Assembly (NCBI GenBank): GCA_044892525.1
Contig: CM097888.1
Location: 12,028,001-12,092,000 of the forward strand
Direction: 5' to 3'
DNA: 64,000 nt
From: Schmidtea polychroa
Lineage: Eukaryota
The stretch's first letter is position 1; every line of letters begins with the position of its first letter. A program made the position numbers and the translations under genes. The notes under the pieces are model-generated. The model was not told the DNA's origin. It worked only from the letters and a program-made list of their open reading frames with translations, and did not search any database. This document shows, in pieces, positions 45,919-58,899 of this stretch.

Positions 45919-48900
45919 TCAGTAGAAAGAAGCGAAATGAAGACATGATGCAGAAGATGTATGAGACGACAGAGAGAAGAAAGTGGAGTAAGATTGTAAT
46001 AAACATGACGGCGATTGACATGCTTTGGGACTCTGGAGCGTCAGTATCAGTTATGAGTGAAAAAAGTTGGACAAAGATCGGGAAACCGAGGTTGAAGCAG
46101 AGCACAATTTCTCTTTGTGGAGTATTTTCGACGGGAATGGAAAGACCGTTAGGAGCAATGAAGATAGAAGCTGATTGGAATGGGAAAAAAAGAATTATTA
46201 ATGTTATAGTTGTCAAAGATATACGTCCAGATTTCATTGGGGTGTAGATACAATGGAGAGATTTGGTATTCAACTGGTAGAGGTAGACAATATTGAAGCG
46301 TCACAAGTAGGGAGGACATATGTGGACTCACAACGAGAAGAGAAAGCATCATTAATGCTTGGAGACAGGAAGAATGAACAGTTAGACATATTGCTACGGA
46401 AGTTCAAAGGTATTTTTATGGATTCAACTTTTGATCTCGGGTTTACGAAAGTTGTTCAGCATGAAATGAATATAGTAGGTGGGCCTGTAATGTTACAGCC
46501 AAGAAGACAACCAATGCATTTGGAACAAAAGCTTGACGAACTTGTCACAAACTTATTAGAAGCGAGAGTTATTAGAAAATGCAAAAGTGCATGGAATGCG
46601 CCACTAGTGATTGTGGCTAAGAAAGATGGATCAATAAGGATGTGTGTCGACTATAGAGGGTTGAATGCGATCACTGAAAAGATATCTTTTCCAATGCCAG
46701 ATACACGATTTCTACTGGATTGTCTGGCAGATTCAAAATATCTCACATCCATCGATCTAGGTCAAGCATATTATCAAGTTGGAATGGCGAAGGAAATTCA
46801 AGAGGTCACGGCTTTCAGTACAAGGCAAGGACAGTTTTGTTTTAACCGACTTCCTTTTGGACTAGCAACCGCCCCTGCGACGTTTCAAAGAATGATGCAC
46901 TCAATGTTGGATGGAATATTATTTAAGGGTGTTGTTGTCTACCTCGAAGACATTCTTGTCTATGGAAAAGACATAGAGGAACACAATAACCGATTAGAGG
47001 AAGTATTCAGAAGAATTCAACTAGTGGGGTTGAGAATTAACCCAGAAAAATGTAATCTGTATAAAGAAGAATTGACATTCCTAGGGCACACTGTAAGTGC
47101 AAGTGGGATAAAAACGAACGACAAGAAGATTAAAGAGATTCAAGATGCAGAAATACCAGTATGCGCCAAATAATTAAGATCCTTTTTAGGTATGACCAAT
47201 TACTATAGGAAGTTTATAAAAGACTATGCGAAAATTGCGGAACCTCTACGTGCAGCTACGTCCGGCTGTGATAAAAAGATTAATTGGTCAGAAGATTGCA
47301 ACAATAGTTTTGAATTACTTAAAACAAAGTTGTGTGAAGCTCCAATTCTAGATTACCCAAGAATGGATAGAAACTTTATTCTGGATACAGACGCTAGTTT
47401 TGGGGCCATCGGAGCAGTTTTATGTCAAGCTAAAGAAGATGGTAATTGTATAAGTGAAGTGGTAATTGCATATGGGTCGAGACACTTGACCGCACATGAA
47501 AAAGGTTGTTGTGTGACTAGGAAGGAGTTACTTGCTATACACGAATATGTAATGTATTTTAAACAATATCTATACGGAAAGTCATTTGTAGTACGAACGG
47601 ATCACAAGGCGTTGGTTTTCATGAGATACACAAAAAAACCGATAAGCCCGCAATTTCAAACCTGGCTAGCCAACCTTTCCGGATATGATTTCGATCTTCA
47701 ATATAGGAAGGGAGAGGAACATGGAAATGCGGACGGAATATCAAGGATTAAAGGGATGTTATGTGCACAATGCCAGACTAGACATGAAGACGCAAAAGAA
47801 GAAAAAGCCAGAGTAAGACATATCAGCTCATTACAGAAGACTGAGTCGATGACAAAACTCTTAGAAAAGCAACAGGATGATGTAGATTTCATTCACATGA
47901 CAAGAGTGTTACAGGGAGAAGAGAAAAAAGATGACTTGAATAAAAAGAAATTTCCTTTCAATTTGCATAACAACATAAAATTAGAAGATGGGTTTTTATT
48001 ATTAGAGAAGAATGGTAAAGATATCATCCTGGTGCCGATAGACTACTCAAATACGTTAGTTAAAGGAATACATACTGAAATGTGTCACATTGGAGTAAAG
48101 AAATTAATTAGCTATATGAGCAACATATTTTTTTGGCCAAACATGCAAGAAACTATACAAAACTGTTTGAGAGTATGTGAGATATGCTGCAGAAGGAAAA
48201 TAGTGCAGGAGAAGACAAAGGAACGATTGTTGCCGATAATAAGTTCAGAATTTTTAGAACAGTTGGTCATTGATATAGCACACATGAAGAATGGTGGAGT
48301 GTACAAGTATATGCTAGTTATCATTGATCGTTTTAGCAAAATGGTCAGTCTAACCGCACTGGAGAGACAAGACGAGAGATCGATTTTCAAAGCCATATTG
48401 GAGAAGTGGATATACCGTTTCGGAAAACCCCGAAATTGTCTGTCAGACAGAGGGAAGAACTTCGATAGAGGTTTTATGAAAACAAATCTAGGAAGACTGG
48501 GTATTACGCAACAGTTCAGTTCACCATATCAGCATCAATCTAACGGTTTAGTTGAGAAAACAATACGGACAGTCAGAGACTTGCTGGCGACATCATTAGC
48601 AGGTGGAATAGGAGAGCGAAATTGGGCGGAGTTACTTCCTCGAGTGGAATTTTGTATCAACGTGACACAACAGAGCGCGACGGGATTTTCTCCATTTGAA
48701 ATTGTTTTTGGGAGGAAGATTAACCTTCATTCAACATTGCCTCAGACGACATTGGATACAGTTGAGATACATAGATTGGTAAGAGAGAACAGTGAGAAAG
48801 CAGCTAAACGAATGAAAGAGATGGAAACAGAGAAGAGAACGAATCGATGTTTCACGGTGGGGGAGAAAGTATTAGTTCGGAAAGAACCACAAAATCGCGA

Positions 48901-49033
48901 CAAAGATGGACTACAGTATGAAGGTCCGTTTGTCATATCAAAGTTTTTGTCAGAACATCAGGTGGAATTGAGTGAAGGGACGACAAAGAAACTCAGACGA
49001 ATTGAATGGCTTAAGAGATGGGCAGTTCCTTAA
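45864..49033 (+). pseudogene. pol: Pol of gypsy C (PR-RT-RH-IN), inactivated
   Basis: Motifs LWDSGASVSV, RLPFGL..YLEDIL (the YxDD is altered), LDTDASF..TDH and IDIAH..SDRG..NGLVE. Lesions: a 1-nt deletion in the G-run at about 46240 and an in-frame TAA at 47171-73. Confidence 0.92.
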
Positions 49034-49406
49034 AGAAGGGGAGAGTTAAGTAAAGTTTTGTTGTAATAATATTCGCTGTAGCGTGTTTTGGAAAATATAT
49101 TTTAATTATTATTGATTTATTGATTTTATGAATTCAGAAGTTGAAGATATCATAACTAACACAATCTAAAAGGTGAAATTTTCCTTACACGTTACTACGA
49201 AATTTTTCTGCAATACAATTAAAGATTCTGTTAAAAATGTCACACATAAAAATGTTTTTAATTAAAAACTGGCTAATTAAAATATATAAAAAATATATAA
49301 TTTGGATATATAAAAATGATTAGTATTGAAGTTAAGTATTGATTTGTGTTTAAACAAGTTAAAATCTTGTTAACTAATTAAAATTATTAGACATCTTAAT
49401 AAATTT

Positions 49407-51778
49407 ATGGATAAATTTAATAATAATTTGAGTAATTTAATACCAATAGATAGTGGTGGTCAAAGTAGAATTTTACTGGCTCGCATGAATAGTAAAGAAT
49501 TAAAAAAAGAGATACAAGTTATAGTGAAAGAAATCGAACATCAAAACGAAGAAAGTTTACTAAAGGAAGTTGATAGTATTATTATTTATTGCGTAATTCA
49601 TTGTATGATATTTATAGTTGAGATGTCTAAAGTTAAGTCATGATAATATTATTAAAGTTTATGGTTACGAAAACTCACCAAATCGAATCATATTCGAATA
49701 TTGCGAATTAGGAAATTTAGAAAATTTTATCGAGAGAGACTATAAAAGATTGAAAGTGAATATCATTGAAAAAATTAAAGGATTGATTATTGGTTAAATT
49801 TTAGTTATTAATAAAATTTTAAATTTAATCAAGGTATCGATTATATTCATCAAAACAAGATTTTACACATGGATCTTCATCCAAAAAATAGTATTAATTA
49901 TATTCTACAATATTATAAATTATCAAGTATTAGTTCTGATTACAGATACAACAGAAGCAATTTTGACATTTAAAGTGTTTTCAGATAAAATGTTTAATTA
50001 ATTTCTCAAATTTTAGATATGTGATTTTGGATTATCCGAAGAAGAAGCCACAGACATTAGGCACCGTAGTCCGATCGGACGACCTGGATATGTTTCTCCT
50101 GAAGTATTTAATAAATAAATGTCTTAAACTATTAAACTAATTCATCTTTCACTATGTAAAATGTTAAAACTTGATGGAGTGTTGATAGTATTTACATCTT
50201 AAAAAGTGAGTTATTACTGCTTACAAATCATTGTCCAGTTTTTTAATCAAAATTTAGAAAAATTCACTTTAAATTATTGTCTGATTATCTATGTGCATTT
50301 TAATGGATTTTTAATCTATAAATGCAAGTTATTTTTAATTAATTTTACCTAAATAATTCTATATAACATTAGTATCCAGTTGTTGCTTTGGAAAATCGTT
50401 TCTCTAAATTGGTCAATCCATATAATTAATTATGGTTAACGCTGTTATGATGTCCTGGAATTTTTTCATATATTTTTTTCCTTTCTGTTCAGTTGAATAT
50501 CAAGATTTCGAAGTTAAATTCGATTTATGGCAAATAGAAGTTTTATTTAAACATTTACAAGACAACAAAATAATGCTTATTTACTAGTACACCAAACCTG
50601 TCAATCGTTTGTACTTGCTCCCCATTTTGTAAAGTTATTTAAAATAAATTAATTGGAAATTTATTTCCACTATTGTCATTCGGAAATACGTTGGGGTACT
50701 TAACAAGACCTAATTTTATTGTATTCTCACTTGAACTGATATACAACATTCCGTTTCAAAAACACCTACACCATAAGAATCAATTAATATATGGTGCGAA
50801 GTTATCCGATCTCTGAATCTTCTGTTACATCGGTGGACTGCAAATCATCCTTTACAACTACAGATATATTTTCTTGAACTTGCTGTACATTCTTACTTTG
50901 GAAGTGTCATCAAAATTTGGTAAAGCCGATTTGGTATTTCTTGTGCTTCCTGTAAATCCTAAAATTTCCAGAGTTTTTTGATTCTTATTTCTTTCTCGTT
51001 CTTTCAAATCATTTTCTTTACAATTTTTTGCTCCTGATTTCTGCTTGTAAGTTGAAAATTAATTTTCTAAAAAAAGTAGAAAAAAATAATAAAAATAAAA
51101 TCATACATATTTAGTTATAAAATTTTCAATTATTTTGTATTTGTATAATAAACATGATCTGAACATATAATAACAATAAACTAAGTACACACACTAACAT
51201 GAACTCCGAGAAAAAGTAGTCAGTAGTTATGAATTATTATAAATAGTTAAATTGTAAATATAAATATTTCTATATCCCGTTAAGTGATGAAAAAAATAAC
51301 AAAAACACTCCGTGTCCAGGGAATTTTACATCCTTCCCCTTTACTCCACGACCTCTATATACATATAAATATCTGAGATAATTTAGAACTTAGTGAAAAC
51401 CTGTCAGATCTTTTCAAAATTTGGTTGTAATAAATTTAAATATTTAGAAAATAATTGATTATTTTTCTAATGTCTACTTAATTATTTTAAATAATTTTAG
51501 AAAGTAAGGTCCGAGGATATAACAAAATCTAGTGATATATGGGCCTTAGGTTGCATTTTGTGGAAAATATTTTCAACTAAAGAAGCTTTTGATGATGAAC
51601 ATTCTTATGCAATTTATTATAAAATTGGACGTGATCTCGTTAGTACTTTATTGCTTATCAAAATTTGCTAAAATCGACTTATTTTATCTCATTCGTAGCT
51701 CCAGTATTGGTGGATATCAAGGTTATCCGTCGTGTGCGATTATTTAATATTATTATGACGCCAGAGCTATTTTTTTGA
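49407..51778 (+). CDS. Divergent protein kinase, TKL (MLK/DLK-like), non-RD; 3' end uncertain
   Basis: Exons about 49407-49568, 49618-49792, 49834-49890, 49928-49974, 50017-50103, 51501-51642 and 51699-51778. Introns are 49, 41, 37, 42, 1397 and 56 nt, all GT-AG. Motifs: IDSGGQSRI, VIVKE, LSHDNIIKVYG, FEYCELGNL, HMDLHPKNIL, ICDFGLS, GRPGYVSPE, SDIWALGCILW. Confidence 0.78.
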
Positions 51779-52006
51779 ATTTTGCCACCATTTTCAAATG
51801 ACGAACTAATTTATACTAAAACTTTTTTCACTAAAACTTCTCACGATGCGTTGTTATCGTGATTATAGTTGTAAATATATATCCACGAGTATCCCATCAT
51901 GATAATAAAAAATATGGATACATAAAATTTTTTAAGGTTTCAATAGTCACAGGCTTGCTATCCCTGTAATAATAGAATATATGATTACTTGTTTTAATTT
52001 TTAACT

Positions 52007-52898
52007 AAAAAATTATTAAAAAATAAAATTGTGTTACATAGAAAAACTATTGTGATAATATATGAAATAATATATGAAATGTTAATAAATATGGATTAAT
52101 ATCACAGTTAAAAAGTTTCCTATATTTCTCCAATTCAATGAATTGGAGTCGGTAGATTTTTAGTTTGGATAAACCATGTACTGATTGTCCCATGTAGCTG
52201 CGTTTATCCAAACATACTGAGTCTTTATTAAGATGCGCAGCAAACAGATCATCCGCTATTTCAATTAACTTTTCAACTGAATTACATAGCCGCAAATTCA
52301 TTCTCTTATTAAGGTTCTCAAAGGATTTACCGTATACGCCGTATTATATAATTTAAATAAATCTCAGTACAGTTCATTAACAGCATTTGTACGCAAATTA
52401 GTGTTTGTGTTTATATATTTTATTTAGAAATTGGTACCTGTTTGTTTTTTAATTTTTAAAAATAATAGAAATATAGGAAACTTTTTAACTGTGATATTAA
52501 TCCATATTTATTAACATTTCATATATTATTTCATATATTATCACAATAGTTTTTCTATGTAACACAATTTTATTTTTTAATAATTTTTTCAATGAATTGG
52601 AGTCGGTAGATTTTTAGTTTGGATAAACCATGTACTGATTGTCCCATGTAGCTGCGTTTATCCAAACATACTGAGTCTTTATTAAGATGCGCAGCAAACA
52701 GATCATCCGCTATTTCAATTAACTTTTCAACTGAATTACATAGCCGCAAATTCATTCTCTTATTAAGGTTCTCAAAGGATTTACCGTATACGCCGTATTA
52801 TATAATTTAAATAAATCTCAGTACAGTTCATTAACAGCATTTGTACGCAAATTAGTGTTTGTGTTTATATATTTTATTTAGAAATTGGTACCTGTTTG
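52007..52898. repeat. X-Y-inverted X-Y local rearrangement
   Basis: X (52007-52129) is inverted at 52467-52589, and Y (52135-52444) is directly repeated at 52589-52898. Both appear identical by eye. Confidence 0.9.
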
Positions 52899-53053
52899 AA
52901 TTTTATAATCCAATGTATATTTACAACTTTTGTCCTAAGAGATAATTAGTCTGAGAAGCCTCCAATGAAGAAAATTGTTCTTTTTGGACCAATGCGTAAG
53001 CATCAGCTGCTCAACTTTTGAATTGAAAAAGGCAGTGCCGAAAATTCGTGAGT

Positions 53054-53107
53054 ATCAACAAACATCGATATATTACTGATTTATAGTCTTCAAACTCTCT
53101 TTTTAAT
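53054..53107. repeat. Palindromic mini-element, truncated copy 2 (loop inverted)
   Basis: ATC-AACAAACATC-GATATATTACTGATTTATAGTCTTCAAACTCTCTTTTTAAT, then the same right flank as the copy at 16380. Confidence 0.8.
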
Positions 53108-53156
53108 TCAATGGAAAAAATAATCTGTGGTGAAATTGGAAGAAATAAAAGTTCTT

Positions 53157-53159
<3 letters not shown>

Positions 53160-53207
<48 letters not shown>

Positions 53208-53302
53208 GTTTTATACTTATAAAGTTTTTTACTTTATCCGGCAAAATATGTTATCCCCCTATGGGTATTAGTCATAAGGGTATTGGTCACACTCAACATG
53301 TC
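53160..53302 (-). repeat. Putative non-LTR 3' end with a long (AAT)n tail, at a gap edge
   Basis: Reverse complement is homologous to 10332-10407 and ends in about 12 TAA units. Confidence 0.45.
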
Positions 53303-53986
53303 NNNNNNNNNNNNNNNNNNNNNNNNNNNNNNNNNNNNNNNNNNNNNNNNNNNNNNNNNNNNNNNNNNNNNNNNNNNNNNNNNNNNNNNNNNNNNNNNNN
53401 NNNNNNNNNNNNNNNNNNNNNNNNNNNNNNNNNNNNNNNNNNNNNNNNNNNNNNNNNNNNNNNNNNNNNNNNNNNNNNNNNNNNNNNNNNNNNNNNNNNN
53501 NNNNNNNNNNNNNNNNNNNNNNNNNNNNNNNNNNNNNNNNNNNNNNNNNNNNNNNNNNNNNNNNNNNNNTTTGTCACTATATATTTCGATAGCATCAATA
53601 TTAGCATCAATAGCATCAGGTTACCTACATTTACGACAGATGAATAATATATAATATATAAACAAATATATAAACAAATTATAAAATCTATAAATTTTTA
53701 ATTATAAATAATAATTTCAAACAATTATTTTTTTAAAAATAATTTTCAATAATCAATAATATTTAAACTTTTAAAATTATTTAAAAATATTATTTTAATT
53801 ATTTTTTAATTATTTAACATAACTATTATTCAATATACATAAACATACAAAAATTTTGATTAAAAACATTCAACACACGTATTCACTGCATTCTGCACAT
53901 TGATTTTAGGTCCTAAAATTTAGGATTAAAAGTTCTTCTCAATATTGCTTCACATATCACACGCTCAAAACAATTATCAAAATTAA

Positions 53987-54092
53987 GAATGTAAATTGAC
54001 TGATATGTCTGTATGAAATAATTACGAATGTCTGATTTTAAAATCAGACATTCGTAATTATTTCATGTAGACATATCAGTCAATTTACATTC
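53987..54092. repeat. 106-bp loopless palindrome
   Basis: Centre at 54039/54040 (TCTGATTTT-AAAATCAGA). The 53-bp arms differ at only 2 adjacent positions. Confidence 0.92.
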
Positions 54093-55368
54093 ATTCATAC
54101 TACGATCCTTAGCATTATTCATACATTTATCAACAGTCTCTTTCAACGTTAACAATAAAACCGTTTTGAGTAGCCATTCTTCACCAGTAATTCAACTAAT
54201 TTATCTACACTTTTTACTGAATTTTTAAAAGTGGAAGATAAGCACCATGATCGATAAACCAATCCTTTCATCATGTTTCTTTTATATTTAAATTTCACCA
54301 TGCATTAAAAAGTTCTAAGTGACCCTTGCAATACCCTTGATTATCTTTGATCACCATAATAAATATTTGATTACTCTGAATAAAACCATTTGAAATGAGC
54401 CATTTATTACAGAAATACAATGTTAGCAACTTTGAACCAGCCGTGGTATGTTTTTTTAGTTAATTTTACTTACTTATTTTTGATTTGACTTACATAAAAC
54501 TGAAAAGATTACGTGAAAATACTTTGAATATCGTGAAAAATCATAAAATTTGAGTTGACCTACATAAAAAATAATAGGAATGTTAGAAACAAAATCCTCA
54601 GCAGGGGGTTATTGATCCAGCGGTGGTCAATCCATCTGCTCTTCTCACATGTTTATGCTTCACCACGGTAGTATTGTATTTAACCAATAATTCCATATTT
54701 GTCTCTTTAAAACCACATTTCTGCAATATCAGCACTATTATAAATCTGACTCACTTTTCGATAAATTGGTTTCAGTTTTTAATCTTATACCGAAATTTAT
54801 AAAAAATCTAGTCCTCCAATAATAATTTTGATAATATCTCCTGAGCTTCGAAAATTCAATCATCTTTGATTTTTATACCTCGAATTTGAACGAACACGCT
54901 TATTTTACTTAATGTTTCAATCGGTAAATCATTAGCACATCTGAATTTATTATAACATTTCTCAAGGTGCTGTGATGAAATTGTTCATAATTTCAGAATT
55001 TTATTGGCAATAGATTTGACCTTAAATCAGAGTTTTGTTTTTTTGAAATACAAGACAATGCCAAATAAGGGTAAAGATTTCTTGTAGACCGCGACGATGT
55101 CGCAATAACTATTTTCACATGCATCATCTTACAAAATTTTGATGGCACATAAGAACTTATATGCTATTTATTATATATTGCTTTGCTTAGCATTTTAAAT
55201 TATATTTTTTAGCATCCAAGTGTCCCACTTAATTGGCCAATACAAGTTCAAAAGCTTTTGTTTCATTGTTGGGATATACGGTGTACAACATCAATGCTCT
55301 TAGAGATTTTTGGTGTGTCAAGAAGAAATAGTAATTTTAATTTTTTTTAAATAACATTTACTGTCGAA

Positions 55369-55628
55369 CAGTGGCGTAGTCAGGAATTTATGAAGGAGGG
55401 GATTTGGAGCTGAAAAATATTTATTAATATTATGGCCAATCGTTTCAAGCGTGGACGAATGAGGGTGCTGGAGACGCAAAGTCCCTCGTGATTAAGGTGA
55501 CTGATACTATCAGACTGATAGATTAAAATAGTTTAAATTGTTTAAAAAATCTTTTGGCACTTCATGTCGGCAAATATTTGTACATGAAAAATCCAATAAA
55601 CAGCCCCCCCCCCCTGGATACGTCACTG
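55369..55628. mobile_element. hAT-type MITE (260 bp)
   Basis: TIRs CAGTGGCGTAGTCAGG / CCTGGATACGTCACTG; perfect 8-bp TSD CTGTCGAA at 55361-68 and 55629-36. Confidence 0.9.
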
Positions 55629-56403
55629 CTGTCGAAGTCAATTTAAATCTCATTTTAATTATTATTTATGATTGTTTTTAACTGACAATAAAGTTGCTTA
55701 ATAAAAATTTTTTGAATTTAGAGAATATTGACTGTTACCTTATAAAAATCTTGTCTTTTTATTGTATTCTTGTGATTTCTCATTTTGAAGACACGATTTT
55801 ATAGTTTAACTTATTATTATCTAATTTCATGATAATAGGTTTATTTAGTACAATTTGTCAAAATAGAACTGGATATTTAATGGTTTGTCGAATGGTTAGA
55901 GCTATCTTGTTTAATATTAGGGATAGTTTTTTTAGTCCACTTATTGAGGTGAACTATATTGAGGTGATTTTATTAAGGTAGTAGATTGTGTACGAAATAG
56001 AAAATGAAGTATGATCACTTTATAATTTATATATATATATATATATATATATTCCACTATATATTCAACACTATATTCCAATCTTATTCATTACTCGTGA
56101 TTATTAGGACATTATTATGTTTATATACTTTAGAATTCTTTATATTCAACGACTGTATTGTCTTGAGCAAAATTCACTACTTGAATTTCTACCTGCTTCA
56201 GAATCATAACTTCAATGATCTACTGCAGGTATGGCGAACTTTTTTCGCGTACCAAAAATCCAAATATTATTCCTTGACTGGCGTGCCCAAAGAGTAAAAA
56301 ATAAATAATTATTTAATTTTAATTTTATTTACAAACTTAAAAATTACAATAGAGTTTCTTACAAATAAAGTAATAATCAATAAAAACACACATTAGTTAT
56401 TTA

Positions 56404-57720
56404 TCAATGAGATTTTAGCTGTTGTATATTCGATGACAACTCCTTAATATCTGGTTCATATTTTGTCACTTTTAGTAATATACACGACCAACTTAATTCA
56501 TCAGTCATTCCCTTGAATTACATTCTATGAAATTCATTTCGGAAAATAATGATTCACAAGCAATAAGAGAAAATTAATTATATTGTTCTTGCTAGTTTTT
56601 ATTAAATTTCTGTAATGGGGTTCCGATTTCTCATTATTTCTTCTTTTGCATTTTTATTATTTATGTTCTTTAATCGATTACTTTCAATTATTTCCAAATA
56701 AATTATCAAATTAACAAAATTTTGTTTCCATATTGAACTCGATTGAAACTCGATAAATTGTATTTCAATGTCTTCCAGATTTACCCACTCGAAAATCTCC
56801 AAATTGAGGTCATCTGTTGATAGTGTCTGTATATAAAATAAATTTTGATGTCTTTTCAAATCTCCTGAATTGTTTGAATCTTGAAGAAAACTCGTTGATT
56901 ATCGATTGAATAACTACAGAAAATTCTTGTGTTAATTTGATTTGATCTGGCTTTTCTTCTGCAAAATATTTGAAGGTGTTAGATACGACGTCACGATCAA
57001 AAATTTGTAATTTAGCTTGAAATGCTTTGATTAAATCAAACATAACAATAATTGTTTTGTTAAAACCTTACAGTTTAATATTTAATTCATTTAAATGTAA
57101 GCACAAATAAGTAAAAAACAATTATTTTGAAAACCATTCGAGGTCTAGTACCTCATATTTTTCAATCAGATTTTCGTTAATTAAAAAAAGCTTAACTTCA
57201 TTCAAACACTCAACGAATCTTTGAAGAACTTTTCCATGATTTAACCATCTCAGATTGTTTTACATACGTAAACCATTATATACTGAGTTTACTTCATTTA
57301 ATAGTTCTAGAAATTTTCGTTTATTTAATTCGCGTCAAATTGACCAATTTTGTTACAAGAATTATAACATCCATGTTTTCATTCTGCGAGCACCGTCTGT
57401 CGTTATTGATACAATTTTGGAAAAATCTTTCTCTTTCATTGAGTTGTTGTTGCTAATGATATTAAACCGATCAATTATTCTTTGATATTATTTCTATTGA
57501 GTATAGAGTAAAAATTGCTAACCGAGCTGATCCAGTTATGTCAGTACTTTCATCAAGACAAAGGGAAATTTAATCTGAAGACTTTATATCTATGTTTTCC
57601 TGATGAGTTACATTTTTGGTCATTTCTATGATTATATCTTTCATCGTATTTCTAGCTAAAGGCATATCATTTATTCTTTGAATAGTTTTTTCTTTGATTT
57701 CAAAATCAAGAATACCGGTC
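56404..57720 (-). pseudogene. Buster/SPIN-type (GTF2IRD2-like) hAT transposase relic
   Basis: Fragments DMPLARNTM..SLCLDESTDITGSARLAIF, RWLNHGKVLQRFVECLNEVKLFL, FDLIKAFQAKL..EFSSRFKQF and KYEPDIKELSSNIQQLKSH*. Confidence 0.85.
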
Positions 57721-58899
57721 TACCACTATACTAACGGTTTATAAAAAACTAAAAATAATGAAAACTAGAAAAGTTCATTAAAAATATAAAGAGAACATTT
57801 AATTTAGTAAAATAAAAGTTCACATAGTAAATTATAACAATGAAGTAATAAAAATATGAATAAAAATTTATTTTTTTTTAATAAAATAAGCAGTTAAAAA
57901 TAAAAACAAAGTTTTAAAAACTTTTGTGAGAGTTGAGGATTCCTATAGGATCTGGACTGCACATTACTATCTACTCACGGTTAATTAGTTCCTGGTTATT
58001 TACAGTTGTGCTATACAAAACTTGAAATTTTTGAAAAAATTAAATATTTTCAAACTATATTCCAATTTATTTAACCATAGTCAAAAAGAAAGGAAAAGAA
58101 ATTATTAAAAAAAATAAAGTAGTGTTATTCGATTGTTGCTTGTAGAAGCATAAATAGTTATTAATTCAACATTATTTACCACCGAAACAACTTAATAAAA
58201 ATAAATATCAATTACAACTTTGAGTTTGAAAAAGTTTTTACCAATATCTCAAATCGTTAAACTAATTCATGTATCATGAGAAGGATATCGTTTATAGGTT
58301 AAAATTTCCAAAACACTTGAAAATTCTGATTCACGGAAATAAATAGATGAAATAATACTTTTTCAGATTTCACACTTTTATGATAAAAATCTTTTTTTAA
58401 TTTTCTTTTGCGAACACTTATGCTTTTTGAGCGGTACATCCAATCATTTCACAACCAGTCGAGCTTTTTAAGTCTCCAAATAGTTGTGGAGTGGTCCATA
58501 TTGAAGTCTTTAATATTCTTCGACAACCACCAATTGTACCTGGGAATCAAAATTTTCTGGCAGTCCTCTTTCTGAGCATGTTTCAGCAGATTTGATATGA
58601 ACAAACCTCTACTGACAATGACTATCGATAATTATTTCCCCCCAAAAAATTTTAATGAGATCATGAAATGTCTGCCATTTTCCATCCTTTTTGGTAGTGG
58701 TAGAGAATAATGTGACAAATATGAATGTGATTATCGATACTCATTTTTATTAACTAAAACAAGAATATTTTTATGGAAAAGTAAACAAAACTGACAATTT
58801 GTTCATAATTAAATTAATTTTAATAATACCGTGTAATTAATTCTATTATAAATTGAACAATTTAATACCAAATTTTGATATTCATGACAACAAATTAAA

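Larger units (their letters stand above)
44587..49157 (+). mobile_element. Full-length Ty3/gypsy LTR retrotransposon C with 114-bp AGTTA..TAACT LTRs
   Basis: LTRs at 44587-44700 and 49044-49157 (5 mismatches). 5-bp TSD AACAC at 44582-86 and 49158-62. PBS TGGCGACCACGCC at 44700; PPT AAAGAAGGGGAG at 49032-43. Confidence 0.95.

Noticed and set aside
1219-48936. Short antisense ORFs overlapping PICK1, gag/pol and hAT sequences (for example 1219-1419, 27966-28238, 29429-29845, 45890-46273, 47698-48936)
   Set aside because: They are shadows of real ORFs on the other strand, with no motifs.
54600-55330. Possible Sel1-like repeat relic on minus (PNNETKAFELVLAN*VGHLDAK)
   Set aside because: One weak motif among many stops; not supportable as a feature.
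58330-58700. Protein-like minus-strand frame (RFVHIKSAETCSERGLPENFDSQVQL..YGPLHNYLET)
   Set aside because: Multiple stops and no family that I can name.
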